Below are positions 15,903 to 28,375 of a stretch of 64,000 nt of DNA, one piece after another. Each line of letters opens with the position of its first letter. The stretch's first letter is position 1. Source of the DNA: an uncultured Gemmatimonadaceae bacterium (lineage in GTDB: Bacteria > Gemmatimonadota > Gemmatimonadetes > Gemmatimonadales > Gemmatimonadaceae). Made by a program: the position numbers and the translations under genes. The stretch is taken from assembly GCA_963761305.1 (NCBI GenBank), contig CAVXGK010000001.1:192001-256000 (forward strand), read 5' to 3'. Below the pieces are notes generated by a model. The model had not been told where the DNA came from. It was given only the letters and a program-made list of their open reading frames with translations, and ran no database searches.

Positions 15903-18323
15903 CTAGTCGACGCCGAGGAAATGGCGCACGGCGGCGAGCACCTGATCGCGGTCGCTGACGAAGACCCAGTGGTGCGCCCCGTGAATCTCGATCACCGTGC
16001 CGTGCTCGACTTCGCGCCTGAACTGCGCGCGTGACAGGCGGTCGACGCGATCCAGACCGCGAATGATGTCCTGCCAGGTCGCCGCGTGCGCGACGTCGGC
16101 CCGCTGCCACGGCTCGAGTTGTGTGATGGTGTCGGTCACCGCGTAGATCGCCAGTGCCGGTTCTTTCACCTTCGAATAGTTCGGGTGCTCCGGCGCGATC
16201 GACTGATAGGCGTTGGTGATCTCCTCGCGCCAGCCGTCGTAAATGAACCGCACGCGAATGTCCGACTCCGGGATGTTGACGCCTCGCACGCGATGCACGA
16301 ACGCGACGTACGCAGCCGGGCTCGCGGTGTCGGCGGCGGTCGGTTCAGGACGTCCCGGCACGTTCGGCGGGATGGGAAAGATCTCCTGCAATCGTGCGTC
16401 GGCCGTCACGCGATCGTACGCCGCGTCGAGGTAGACCAGCTTGTCGACGAGCGCGGGATACGCGCCGGCCAAACGCGTCATCTCTTCGCCGGCGATCGAA
16501 TGGCCGATGATCGTCACTCGGCCGAGGTGCAGCGCGTCAATCGCGGCGCGAATGTCCTCGGCGAGTCGCGGCATGTCGTAGCCAGACTCGGGGTGATCGG
16601 ATTCGCCGAACCCGCGGCGCGTGAGCGCGACGACGTGAAACTTGTCGGTGAGGCGCGGCGCGAAGTCGTCGAACGAATGCGCCGTGTTGCCGAGCCCGGC
16701 GAGGAAGAGAATCGTCGGGCCCGTGCCGCCGAAGTCGAGATAGTGCAGCCGCACGTCGCGCGCGACGCGCACCATGCCGCTCGTGTGGTGCGTCGTGTCG
16801 CGCCACGCGTCGCCACGGGCACCCGGCTGCGCGGTCGCCGGAGCGCGGACGGCACCGAGCGCCAGCGCGCTCAGTGCGGCCGCGACAACTGTGCGATTAG
16901 GGAACGACCTTCCCCCCCCCGACGACATCTCTTTGACGAGACGATAGAGGAATTCCTCGCTGTCGTAGTACGACTTGATCAACACGCGCTCGTCCTTGCC
17001 GTGGGCGCGGTTGTCGTTGGGATCGCCGAACAGACCGGAAACGCCGTATCCCGCGATGCCGACGGCGCGCAGGTATTTGCTGTCCGTCGCGCCGGTGCCC
17101 ATCGTCGGAATCACCAGGACGTCGGGGCCGAACATGTCGCGCGTGACCTTCTCGATCGGACGCATGATCTCGGGCGACAGCGGCGACGGCGCGGCGTGCT
17201 CCATGGCGGGCGCTTTGGAGATCGTCACACCCGTGTCGCCGATCGCTTTCATGAGCGACGCGCGCACGTCTTCCGGATCGTGGCCCGGCGCCATGCGACA
17301 GTTGACGTTCGCGCTCGCGGCCTGCGGCAGCGCGTTGCGCGCGTGGCCGCCGGTGAGCATCGTCGCCACGCACGTCGTACGCAGCATGGATCGATAACGC
17401 GGGTCGCGCGAGAGCGTCGCCGAGGCCTTGGCGTCGTTCGGGTTGGCGACGATGGCGCGCATCGCGGCGCCGACTTCCGGCGTCTCGATCGGCGCCGTGC
17501 GGGTGAAGTACTCGCGCGTCACCTCATTCAACATCACGGGAAACTGAAACGTCGCGATGTGCGTGAGCGCCTGCGCGAGCTGGTAGATCGCGTTGTCGTC
17601 TCGCGGGACGGACGAGTGGCCGCCGCGATTTTCCGTCGACACGGTGAAGTTGGCCGACACCTTCTCCGCGGCGCCGATCGAGTTGATGAACGGCTTGCCG
17701 TCGCGCAGCGCGCCGCCGCCGCCTTCGTTGAGCGCGTACGCCGCGTCGATGAGCTCGCGGTGGTTGGCGATCAGCCATCGCACGCCGTTCGATCCGCCGC
17801 CCTCTTCGTCGGCGGTCAGCGCGAGGATGATGTCGCGGTCGGGAACGTAGTGTTCTTGCTTGAAGCGCAGCAGCGTGGCGATGAAGATCGACGCCATCGC
17901 CTTGTCGTCACCTGAGCCGCGCCCGTAGTAGTAGCCGTCGCGCTCCGTGAAGACGAAGGGATCGAGATCGGCCGACCAGTCCTTTTTGAGTGCCGCCACG
18001 ACGTCGAGGTGTGCGAGCAGCATGAGCGGCTTCCGCCCGCTCGAGCCCGAGCCGTGGTATCGGACGACGATGTTGCCCTTGTCCGGCCTCGGGCCACCGA
18101 GGAAGATGTCGGACTCCGAGAACCCCGCATCGCGCAATCGCTTCGCGACTGCGTTCGCCGCGACAGTCGTGCTGCCGACGGAGTCGACGGTGTTGATCTC
18201 GACCAGCTCTTTGTAGATGTCGTGCGCGAGCTTTTGCTCCGTGCGGAGCGGCGCACCCTGCTGATACTGGGCGGCGAGCGTGGCGGGAAGAGCGAGGGCA
18301 GCGAGCGCGACCGCGAGTCGCAT
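15903..18323 (-). CDS. M20/M25/M40 metallopeptidase read in frame with an alpha/beta hydrolase (probably two genes joined at a G9 run)
   Basis: HLDVV, GRGSGDDK, DEEGG, GATDS, HGKDER peptidase motifs, then an internal signal peptide and GHSIAG hydrolase. Confidence 0.8.
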   Translation of the reverse strand: MRLAVALAALALPATLAAQYQQGAPLRTEQKLAHDIYKELVEINTVDSVGSTTVAANAVAKRLRDAGFSESDIFLGGPRPDKGNIVVRYHGSGSSGRKPLMLLAHLDVVAALKKDWSADLDPFVFTERDGYYYGRGSGDDKAMASIFIATLLRFKQEHYVPDRDIILALTADEEGGGSNGVRWLIANHRELIDAAYALNEGGGGALRDGKPFINSIGAAEKVSANFTVSTENRGGHSSVPRDDNAIYQLAQALTHIATFQFPVMLNEVTREYFTRTAPIETPEVGAAMRAIVANPNDAKASATLSRDPRYRSMLRTTCVATMLTGGHARNALPQAASANVNCRMAPGHDPEDVRASLMKAIGDTGVTISKAPAMEHAAPSPLSPEIMRPIEKVTRDMFGPDVLVIPTMGTGATDSKYLRAVGIAGYGVSGLFGDPNDNRAHGKDERVLIKSYYDSEEFLYRLVKEMSSGGGRSFPNRTVVAAALSALALGAVRAPATAQPGARGDAWRDTTHHTSGMVRVARDVRLHYLDFGGTGPTILFLAGLGNTAHSFDDFAPRLTDKFHVVALTRRGFGESDHPESGYDMPRLAEDIRAAIDALHLGRVTIIGHSIAGEEMTRLAGAYPALVDKLVYLDAAYDRVTADARLQEIFPIPPNVPGRPEPTAADTASPAAYVAFVHRVRGVNIPESDIRVRFIYDGWREEITNAYQSIAPEHPNYSKVKEPALAIYAVTDTITQLEPWQRADVAHAATWQDIIRGLDRVDRLSRAQFRREVEHGTVIEIHGAHHWVFVSDRDQVLAAVRHFLGVD

Positions 18324-18554
18324 CGAAGGCTCCGGCGAGGGTGGCCGGAAGTGTACGACGCGAATCGAAAGGCGTGAAGATGTCCGACATCGGACGTCAG
18401 ACCGTTCGTCGTGCGGCGGCGCTCCGGGCGGAAGCGACGCTCACCTCGTCACGCCTGGTCTGACGTCCGATATCTGATGTCGGACGTCCGATTTCGAGAC
18501 CGCAGCCGTACGCCGCCAGGCGAGACAGACCTCAGAGTGGCCGCGATCCCAGCG

Positions 18555-18845
18555 TCAGCCCGCGCCGAGTCGCTTCCGGATGTCTCGCGCCCCTGACGAC
18601 ACGCCGAGCGCGACCGACAACCCGAACAACAACGCTGTCCCTGTCCCGATGAGCGGCAGAATCGCCGCGACGGGCCACGCCACGATCGCCGCGCCGATGC
18701 CGGCGAGCACGGGCACCAGCGCGTTCTGCACCGCGTCCACGTACTGGAGCTTGTTCACGGTAAAGCGACGGGACGCCCAGAAGCCGATCGCGGTGGCCGC
18801 GAGCGTCATGGCGAGTCCGGTGATGGAGCCGAGGAAGTGGAACAC
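18555..18845 (-). CDS. Small membrane protein
   Basis: GGAGG RBS before GTG 18845, three hydrophobic segments. Confidence 0.7.
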   Translation of the reverse strand: MFHFLGSITGLAMTLAATAIGFWASRRFTVNKLQYVDAVQNALVPVLAGIGAAIVAWPVAAILPLIGTGTALLFGLSVALGVSSGARDIRKRLGAG

Positions 18846-19011
18846 GAGAGCCTCCAAAGGGCACGCGACGTTTCTCGTGACTCAATACGTGAATGTAGCT
18901 CCGAGGTTTCAGCGGTTTCAGCACGCCGCTAGTCCCGATTGGAGCCGTCCGATAGCTTTGGCTTGGCGGTCCGAGAACGCGTTGCCACCACGCATTACGC
19001 ACGAGAGTTCG

Positions 19012-19316
19012 ATGGTCACGTTGCGCGTCGTCCGGCATGACCGGGATCAGGTGCTCGCGGAGTGTTCGAGCGCGGTCCTCCCGAGTCGCGGCGAAGTGCT
19101 GCAGCTCGACACGCTGGATGATGCGGGCGAAAAGTCCAGACCGAGCACGCTGTGGCGGGTCGTTTCGGTGACGCTGCACGTGCCGTCCCTGGCCTCCTCC
19201 GTGCCCAGCGGTGGCTCGCTCGCCGTCCGAGATGTCGAGGTCGCCGTGCTGCCGGACATCACGCTCGTCCCCGAATTCGCCGCCGCGGCGGAGCGCATCC
19301 TATCCGAGTCGAAGAT

Positions 19317-19320
<4 letters not shown>
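19012..19320 (+). CDS. Hypothetical protein translationally coupled to the kinase
   Basis: ATG 19012, stop overlaps GTG of the next gene (GTGA), host-like codons. Confidence 0.6.
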
Positions 19321-21161
<1,841 letters not shown>

Positions 21162-21178
21162 ACGAAGCCGGTGGAACG

Positions 21179-22585
21179 ATGTCGATAGAAAGCGTCAATC
21201 CGGCGACCGGCGAACGGCTCCAGAGCTTCGAGCCGCTGACGTCGTCGGCAATCGAGGAAAAGCTCTCGTGCGCACAGCGCGGCGCGCGCGAGTGGCGGGC
21301 GACGCCGATGGACGACCGAACGCGCGTTCTCCGTCGCGCGGGCGATCTGCTCGACGAGCGTCGCGACGCGTACGGCCGGCTGATGACCAGCGAGATGGGT
21401 AAGACGTTCGCCTCGGCCAAAGACGAAGCGGCCAAATGCGCGACGAGTCTCCGCCTCTACGCCGACCGCGCGCCGGTTTTTCTGGCGAACGAGCCGGTGG
21501 TGGTAGACGGCGAGCGCAGCTACGTCGCCTTCGAGCCGCTCGGCGTCGTGCTCGCGGTGATGCCGTGGAATTTTCCGTTTTGGCAGGTCATCCGGTTCGC
21601 GGGACCGGCGCTCGCGGCGGGAAACGTCGGGCTGCTCAAGCACGCGTCGAACGTGCCCCAGTGCGCGCTGGCGCTCGAGCAACTCTTCCTCGACGCCGGC
21701 GCTCCGGCCGGAGTCTTTCAAACTCTGCTCATCGAGTCGCCGGCCGTGGCGGCGATCATCGGCGACGACCGGGTCGCCGCGGTGACGCTCACCGGGAGCG
21801 AGGCGGCCGGCAGCAGCGTTGGCGCGTCCGCCGGCAAGCACATCAAGAAGACGGTGCTCGAGCTGGGCGGCAGCGATCCGTTCATCGTCATGGAGAGCGC
21901 CGACATCGACGCCGCGGTACGAACCGCCGTCTCCGCGCGCACGATCAACAACGGGCAATCGTGCATCGCGGCGAAGCGCTTCATCGTCGCGCAGCGCATC
22001 GTCGAGGACTTCACGGGGCGCTTCGTCGAGCGCGTGCGCGCGCTCGTCGTCGGAGACCCGATGGATGAGCGCACGAACATCGGACCGTTGGCGACGGCGA
22101 AGATCCGCGACGATCTCCACGCGCAGGTCACGCGATCCGCGAGCGCCGGCGCCAGCCTGCTCGTGGGCGGCACGCCGCGCGCCGGCGAAGGGTTCTACTA
22201 CGAGCCGACCGTCGTTCGCGACGACACGCGGCAGAGCGCGGCGTCGTGCGAAGAGACGTTTGGTCCGGTGGCGGTGATCATCAGCGTTCGGGACACGAGC
22301 GACGCGATCGCCGTCGCCAACGACACGCGCTTCGGCCTCGGCGCCGCCGCGTGGACGCGCGACGAAAAGGAGATCGAGCGGTTCGCCCGCGAGCTGGACG
22401 CGGGCAGTGTCTTCATCAACGGGATGGTCGCGTCCGACGCGCGATTCCCGTTCGGCGGCGTCAAGAAATCCGGTTACGGCCGCGAGCTGGGCGTCTTTGG
22501 CATGCGAGAATTCGTAAACGTGAAAACGGTTCGGATTCGCGACGGCGGGGCACCGGCGGCTGCCGCCAAGGGCGCTACCGAGTAG
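21179..22585 (+). CDS. sad: NAD(P)-dependent succinate-semialdehyde dehydrogenase
   Basis: MPWNFPFWQ, LKHAS, LELGGSDP, NNGQSCIAAKR, EETFGPV, PFGGVKKSGYGREL. Confidence 0.9.
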   Translation: MSIESVNPATGERLQSFEPLTSSAIEEKLSCAQRGAREWRATPMDDRTRVLRRAGDLLDERRDAYGRLMTSEMGKTFASAKDEAAKCATSLRLYADRAPVFLANEPVVVDGERSYVAFEPLGVVLAVMPWNFPFWQVIRFAGPALAAGNVGLLKHASNVPQCALALEQLFLDAGAPAGVFQTLLIESPAVAAIIGDDRVAAVTLTGSEAAGSSVGASAGKHIKKTVLELGGSDPFIVMESADIDAAVRTAVSARTINNGQSCIAAKRFIVAQRIVEDFTGRFVERVRALVVGDPMDERTNIGPLATAKIRDDLHAQVTRSASAGASLLVGGTPRAGEGFYYEPTVVRDDTRQSAASCEETFGPVAVIISVRDTSDAIAVANDTRFGLGAAAWTRDEKEIERFARELDAGSVFINGMVASDARFPFGGVKKSGYGRELGVFGMREFVNVKTVRIRDGGAPAAAAKGATE

Positions 22586-25500
22586 CTCGGCTCGACGACG
22601 CGTCGGCCGCGCGGAGGGCGATCGTCACCGTGGCGCCGCGACGGCCGTTGGTCGCCCCTTCGACGCTCGGGCTGCGCACCGAGATCGACCCACCCCAACC
22701 TTCGACCAGCTGACGGCTGATCGCCAATCCCAGCCCGCTGCCACTCGTGCGCGTCGAGAAGTGCGGCTCGAAGATGCGCGGCAGGACGTCGGCCGAGATG
22801 CCGTGGCCGTCGTCGCTCACCGTGATCGTGGCGTGGTCGTGGTCGCCACCGCCGTTCGCGTTGTCCACGCGTACGAGGACGCGCAGCGCGCCGGCGAGCC
22901 GCGCGTTTTCGAGAACGTTCAACAGGACTTCCTTGAGCTCGTCGACGCGCGCCATCGCCGTGACGGGGGACTCGTCTCCCTCTTCCACCCAATCGACGTC
23001 GGCGGCCGCGTCGCTGCCGCCCATTCGCTCGAGCGACACCACCTCGCGCACGATCGCCGCGATGTCGACGGCGTCGGGACGCGCGCGCTCGTCGGGCGCG
23101 GCGCCGTAGCGGCTGAACGCGCGCGCGATCTCGTCGAGCCGGTCGATCTCGGTGAGAATCTGATTCACGTTGTGGTCGAGCACGCGGTCGAAGTCCACCC
23201 GCGCGTCGGCGCGGGCACGCCGCAGATGCTGGACGCCGAGCCGGATGGGCGTGAGCGGATTCTTGATCTCGTGCGCGACCTGCCGCGCCATCTCGCCCCA
23301 CGCCAGCACGCGCTGGGCGCGCGCGATCTCGCTCACGTCGTCCACGGTGACGACCGCGCCGCCGCCGCCGCGCCCGAGCCGCGTGAGCGTGCCGCGCAGT
23401 TGTCGCTGGTCCACGCTGATCTCGAAATCGTGCTCGTCGACGTCGCCGCCCAGGAATTCATCCACGCGGTGCGCGAGGTCGGCCGGCGCGATCTCGTCGA
23501 GGCGAAGGCCGGACTTGAGCGCGATGCCCAGCAGTTGTTCCGCGCGCGGATTGGCCAGCGTGATGCGCCGCTCGGCATCGACCGCGACGACGCCGCTGGC
23601 GACGTTTCGGAGCACGGCCGCTGTCCGTCGCTGCGCTTCCTCGAGCGCCGAGCGGCTCGCGTTCAGATCCGACGTCATGCGCCGGAATGCGGCGAACACG
23701 GGAAAGAATTCGACGGTCGGGTCGGGGTCGAGCGGCGGCGTGCGACTGCCGCCGGCGATGGCCAGCGCCGCCTCGCGAAGCTCGCCGATCGGTTTGGCGA
23801 GCTGACGCGCCGCGGCGCCGCTGAGCCAGAACGCCGCCAGCCCGCCGAGCGCGGTGGCGAACAGCACGAGCACGCCGAGGTCGCGCCGTCGTCGTCCGAG
23901 CGGGGCGTCGGTCGCGCGTGCGGGAGCGGCGATCACCGCCGCCGGCGCCGGGATTTCCGTGAGCGAGCGATAGCCGAACAGCGTCGGCGCGTCGCCGATC
24001 GACGTGAGCTCGGTGGCCGACTCCTCGCCGTGCACGGCGAGGGTGAGCTCGAGGTCGGGCGCCAGCAGGCGGCCCGTCGGCGCGAGATCGTCGTAGAGCC
24101 GATCGCTCGTCTGTCGCAATTCCCCGCCGCGATAGACGAAAAGCGGCGTCTCCAGCCGCTCGCTCTCGTCGGCGAGATGCGCCAGCGCCGGAGCCGGCGG
24201 CTCGATGGACCGCAGCGTTTCTCCGACCAGCACCGCCCGCGACTCGAGCGCGTCGGCCGCCAACTGGCCGTATGACCAGATCGCGAATGCCAATCCTGGA
24301 ATGACGAAAAATGCAAACAAGGCGAGCGAGAGCCGCGCCCGATAGCTGCGCCCCAGCGTACGGCGGCGCGCGCGAAGCCAGCGCCCCGCCCCGCCGTCGG
24401 CGATGACCGCGGCCAGCCACACGATGCCCACGACGACCAAATCGAGCAGCACGATGAGGGCGCCTCGCTCGACCAGCGCATCGAGCGGCCGGAGCTCGAC
24501 GTCCACGTGCGCGGGCGTGGCGCCCCGCCCGGTCGCGACGATGCGGTCGCCGTGGAGCTCCGTGCCTTCGCGTCGCCACTTGGTCGGCCCCTTGGTGGTG
24601 TCGGCGCGCGGCAGCAGCGGTCCGCGCAGCCGTACGGCGTACGGCGGCTCGACGTCGCGATCCTCGGAAAGCCCGATGAGCTGCGCGAACGGGTTCAACT
24701 GGAACAGCCGGCTCGGCGGAGCGAGCACGACGCCCGTCGCGCCTCCCGCGGTGGACGGCGCGCCCATCACCAGCTCGACCGCCGTGTCGGTAGCGACCGG
24801 TTGGATGATCACGTTGCCCGTCCTTCGCGCCTGCGCGACGACGCGCGCCACGTCGCCGACGGGATTTGGAATGTCGGCCGTCGCGAACATCGCGACCGCG
24901 CCGGTGTCGGTCGGCCACGCGGAGAGAATGATCGGATTGCCGGCGGCCGCGACGTCCGAGGTGACGTAGTTCTGGAGCAGCGACTCGCGCGACGGCGTCG
25001 CCTCGGTCGAGAGACTCAGTCCAAAGCGCTGGAGCAGCGTCGCGGCGACGGAGTCGACCTGTCCGAGACTCGTGAGATCGTGCTCCGCCGATTCGACGCG
25101 GCCGCGCGCCGTGCGTCCCCAGACGAGCGTCGTCGCGCCGAGCGCGGCGACGGTCGACACGCTCAGCACGACGCGCCGCGAGCGCCGGCTCAACGCCAGC
25201 ATCCCGATGGCGACGATCCACAAAATGGAATACCACCACGGCCAGCGGCCCGGCGCCTGCCACACGACCGGCGCGAGAACGGCCGCCGCCGTTGCGATCA
25301 GCGGCGCCAGCCAGGGCGGCGCACCGCGCCTCGGTCCGAGCACGATCGCTCCCGCCGCCGCGCCGGACAGCAGCACCGAGACCGCGGCCAGAAAGAGCGG
25401 CACTTCCCAGATGAGCCAGAGCGAGGCGTCCACGCCGCGTAGCGGCGTTTGAACGCCGCGCGACAGATCGCGCAACAGGAAGGGTCCGAGCAGCGCCACG

Positions 25501-26642
25501 GCGAGCGTCGTGACCACGGCGGCCCAGCGCGACGTGCGGCGGCGCCCGCGGCGAAACACCGCCAGCACGCCGAGCAAGACGACCGCGCTGGTCATCGCCA
25601 GCGCGGCCGCGTTGCCGGTGAGCGGACCGCCGCGCGACATGAAGTAGACAGCCGGATCGAACAGCCGCCCAAGGTTCGAGTACTGGTTGAGCGGAACGAG
25701 CGCGATGCATGCGAGCCCCACCGCGAGCGCCGCGGCGCGCCGCGACGTGGTTCGCGTCGCGCGCCACACGCCGATCACGAAACACACGAGCGCGACGAGG
25801 AGCGCGACGCCGGCACGCGCGCGCGCCACGTCGGCGATCTGCTGCGTGACTTCGCCTTCGGTGAGCGGCACCGCGCTGACGTCGAAGAGCGGAGTACCGT
25901 TGGCCGGATAGCGCAGCACGTCGGGTCCCGTTGCGCTGTCACTCGGCGGAAGGAATTTGAATTCCTTGAGACCGGAGCGATCGGCGATCGGCTGCGCGAG
26001 CGTCGGCACGAACCGGTCGGCCGGCGGCGCCGCATCGAGCTGCACGGCGACGATCGCGCGGTCGTTGCCACGCCGCTGCGCGAGCTGGAGCGTGAGGTAG
26101 AAGGGCGTAGGGACGATCGTCATGCCGTCGTGGATCTGGTCGATCGGCGCGCGGAAGTCGCCGGCCCACGCGAACGCGCTGTCGCCGCGAAACACGACGA
26201 CGCCGCCGTCATCGAGACCGCGGGCAATCTCGGCGATGTCGCGGAACGCGCGGGTGCGGTCGGACGACACGTCGAGCGCGGCGCGGGCGCGTCGCTCGGC
26301 GTTTTGCGTCGCGTCGTCGAGGTGCCGGCGAAGCGCGCCCAGCCCCCGCGCCGACGCGTCGGCGCGCGACGCATCCCAATCGCGCGTGATCGTGTGCAGC
26401 TCGCGCTGCGCCGCGATCGCGACGATGCCGACGACGACCAGCGCCAGCGAGCACGCGAGCACCCACAGCCGCGAACTTCCCCGCACCGCGAGCGACGTCG
26501 CGACCGTGGCGACGGTGGCGATGAGCAGCAGGATCAGATACTCTACGCTCGGTGCGTGGAGCCATTGGCTCGCGGCAAGCAGCGACAATCCGGCGGCCGC
26601 CGCCCACCACGTCCATCGCGCCGAGGGTCGGCGCTCAGCCAT
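22575..26642 (-). CDS. Large multi-TM sensor histidine kinase (NtrY-like HAMP-PAS-HisKA-HATPase C-terminus)
   Basis: WGEMARQVAHEIKNPLTP H-box, NVLEN, DDGHG, FEPHFST, GSGLGL. Confidence 0.92.
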   Translation of the reverse strand: MAERRPSARWTWWAAAAGLSLLAASQWLHAPSVEYLILLLIATVATVATSLAVRGSSRLWVLACSLALVVVGIVAIAAQRELHTITRDWDASRADASARGLGALRRHLDDATQNAERRARAALDVSSDRTRAFRDIAEIARGLDDGGVVVFRGDSAFAWAGDFRAPIDQIHDGMTIVPTPFYLTLQLAQRRGNDRAIVAVQLDAAPPADRFVPTLAQPIADRSGLKEFKFLPPSDSATGPDVLRYPANGTPLFDVSAVPLTEGEVTQQIADVARARAGVALLVALVCFVIGVWRATRTTSRRAAALAVGLACIALVPLNQYSNLGRLFDPAVYFMSRGGPLTGNAAALAMTSAVVLLGVLAVFRRGRRRTSRWAAVVTTLAVALLGPFLLRDLSRGVQTPLRGVDASLWLIWEVPLFLAAVSVLLSGAAAGAIVLGPRRGAPPWLAPLIATAAAVLAPVVWQAPGRWPWWYSILWIVAIGMLALSRRSRRVVLSVSTVAALGATTLVWGRTARGRVESAEHDLTSLGQVDSVAATLLQRFGLSLSTEATPSRESLLQNYVTSDVAAAGNPIILSAWPTDTGAVAMFATADIPNPVGDVARVVAQARRTGNVIIQPVATDTAVELVMGAPSTAGGATGVVLAPPSRLFQLNPFAQLIGLSEDRDVEPPYAVRLRGPLLPRADTTKGPTKWRREGTELHGDRIVATGRGATPAHVDVELRPLDALVERGALIVLLDLVVVGIVWLAAVIADGGAGRWLRARRRTLGRSYRARLSLALFAFFVIPGLAFAIWSYGQLAADALESRAVLVGETLRSIEPPAPALAHLADESERLETPLFVYRGGELRQTSDRLYDDLAPTGRLLAPDLELTLAVHGEESATELTSIGDAPTLFGYRSLTEIPAPAAVIAAPARATDAPLGRRRRDLGVLVLFATALGGLAAFWLSGAAARQLAKPIGELREAALAIAGGSRTPPLDPDPTVEFFPVFAAFRRMTSDLNASRSALEEAQRRTAAVLRNVASGVVAVDAERRITLANPRAEQLLGIALKSGLRLDEIAPADLAHRVDEFLGGDVDEHDFEISVDQRQLRGTLTRLGRGGGGAVVTVDDVSEIARAQRVLAWGEMARQVAHEIKNPLTPIRLGVQHLRRARADARVDFDRVLDHNVNQILTEIDRLDEIARAFSRYGAAPDERARPDAVDIAAIVREVVSLERMGGSDAAADVDWVEEGDESPVTAMARVDELKEVLLNVLENARLAGALRVLVRVDNANGGGDHDHATITVSDDGHGISADVLPRIFEPHFSTRTSGSGLGLAISRQLVEGWGGSISVRSPSVEGATNGRRGATVTIALRAADASSSRATR

Positions 26643-26694
26643 CTCGGCGACCTCGACTGCTTGCCTGGACCACGGACCTGAACGACCGGACGAA

Positions 26695-27444
26695 ATGAGT
26701 CAGTTGCCCGCCGTCGACGGTGTGACGTCGCCTCGCCGCCTCAAGCTCATGCACCCGAGCGACGTCGCCGAGGCGATCCAGCTCGATCCGCGGCTGATCG
26801 TCCCCGTCGGCACCTGCGAGCAGCACGGACCGCACATGCCGCTGGGCGCCGATTCGATCATCGTCGAGCGTCTCGCGGACGACCTGTCGATCGAGTCCGG
26901 CGTGCTCGTGGCGCCGACGGTCGAATACGGCGTGAACGTCATCACCGAGCGCGGATACGCCGGCAACGCGTCGCTCAGGAAGAAGACGCTTCACCGCGTT
27001 CTCAACGACCTCATCGACACCTGGGAATCGACCGGGATTCGCGAGTTCATTCTGCTCACCTCGCATGAGCACGATCCGCATCTGGAGGCGCTCTCGACGG
27101 TAATCACTTCCGGGGCGCGCGTGCGAGTCGTCGACGTGTTGAGCGTGGATTTCAGCGACCTGTTGGAGGGGCAGGATGAGCCGATGCACGGCGACGAGGT
27201 CGACACGTCCCTTCTGCTGTATGTCGCCCCGGAGCTCGTCGACCAGAGCCGCGCGCAGGATTATATGATGTCCGAGAACGAGGTGCGACGTTACAGACGC
27301 GGTTGGCTGCGCGTCCCGCGAGCGAGTCCGGGGTCGATCGGTCGCCCGTCGCTGGCGTCCGCGGAGAAGGGTCGAGCGATCTACCAAAGGATTTATACCC
27401 GGATTCGCGACCGGATATTCGTGGCGCCGAAGGTCGAGGCGTGA
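26695..27444 (+). CDS. Creatininase family amidohydrolase
   Basis: PVGTCEQHGPHMPLGAD, HGDEVDTS, ASAEKG. Confidence 0.88.
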   Translation: MSQLPAVDGVTSPRRLKLMHPSDVAEAIQLDPRLIVPVGTCEQHGPHMPLGADSIIVERLADDLSIESGVLVAPTVEYGVNVITERGYAGNASLRKKTLHRVLNDLIDTWESTGIREFILLTSHEHDPHLEALSTVITSGARVRVVDVLSVDFSDLLEGQDEPMHGDEVDTSLLLYVAPELVDQSRAQDYMMSENEVRRYRRGWLRVPRASPGSIGRPSLASAEKGRAIYQRIYTRIRDRIFVAPKVEA

Positions 27445-27476
27445 ACCAGACGATCTCAGCCGGGTAGGTAACCTCG

Positions 27477-28205
27477 ATGACACACGTCCGTTCCATCGCG
27501 ATTGCGACGTGTCTGACCGCGCTCGTCGTGGCCGCGGGCGCCGGCCGGTTGGCATACGGCGCCGGCGCCACCGCCGCGACCACCCAAGGCATCGTGGTCG
27601 ACGACGGGGCGTTCCGGATCTCGCGCCCCGGCGACACCGCGCCCGAGATCGAGAGCTTCCGGATCCAACGGGGAGACAACGGGCAGCTCGTGGCGACCAG
27701 CCAATTGCGGGCGGGCAGCCACCGGATCAGCTCCCGGCTCATCGCCGACACGATGGGCACGCCGATCTCATACCAGCTCGAGGTCTACGACAACGGCACG
27801 AAGACCTCGGTGGTTCATGCCGACGCCGGGTCGGGGCGCCTGTCGACAGCCGTGTCGAACCAGCGAGGCGACGAATCACAGCGCGACTACCCCATGGGGC
27901 GCGAGCACTCGGTGATTCTCGACGACGACTTGGTGCACCAGATGTATTTTTTAAGGCTGGCCAGCCGAACGGGGTTGGTTCGCGTAATCAGTCCACATGC
28001 GGCCAGCGCGGCCACATTTGTGATCGCTGCCCACGGGTTGGAGCCGATTGACGTCGGCGGCCAGTCGGTGACGGCGACGCACTTCTCGCTGACCAACGGT
28101 GCGGACCGACGCGACGTCTGGCTCGACGCAGAGGGCCGAGTCCTGCGGGTGGAAACGTCCGCCGGGCTCAAGGCCGTTCGCGACGAGCTGCCGTTCAAGC
28201 GTTGA
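27477..28205 (+). CDS. Exported hypothetical beta-rich protein
   Basis: Signal peptide; ESFRI, DVWLDAEGRVLRVE. Confidence 0.65.
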   Translation: MTHVRSIAIATCLTALVVAAGAGRLAYGAGATAATTQGIVVDDGAFRISRPGDTAPEIESFRIQRGDNGQLVATSQLRAGSHRISSRLIADTMGTPISYQLEVYDNGTKTSVVHADAGSGRLSTAVSNQRGDESQRDYPMGREHSVILDDDLVHQMYFLRLASRTGLVRVISPHAASAATFVIAAHGLEPIDVGGQSVTATHFSLTNGADRRDVWLDAEGRVLRVETSAGLKAVRDELPFKR

Positions 28206-28375
28206 AGCAGGGCCGTCCGGGGGCGGCGCACCAACCACCGGCCCGTCGAGCGGGTCAAAGGTCAAGGAAAGGCGTCTCGACGGAGAACCAGCTCCTTTCG
28301 GGGCGAAACGGGCTGAAACTCGTTTCGTCGGACGTCCGTACTCCCCCCAGAACCCACCAAACAGGATTGCCGACA

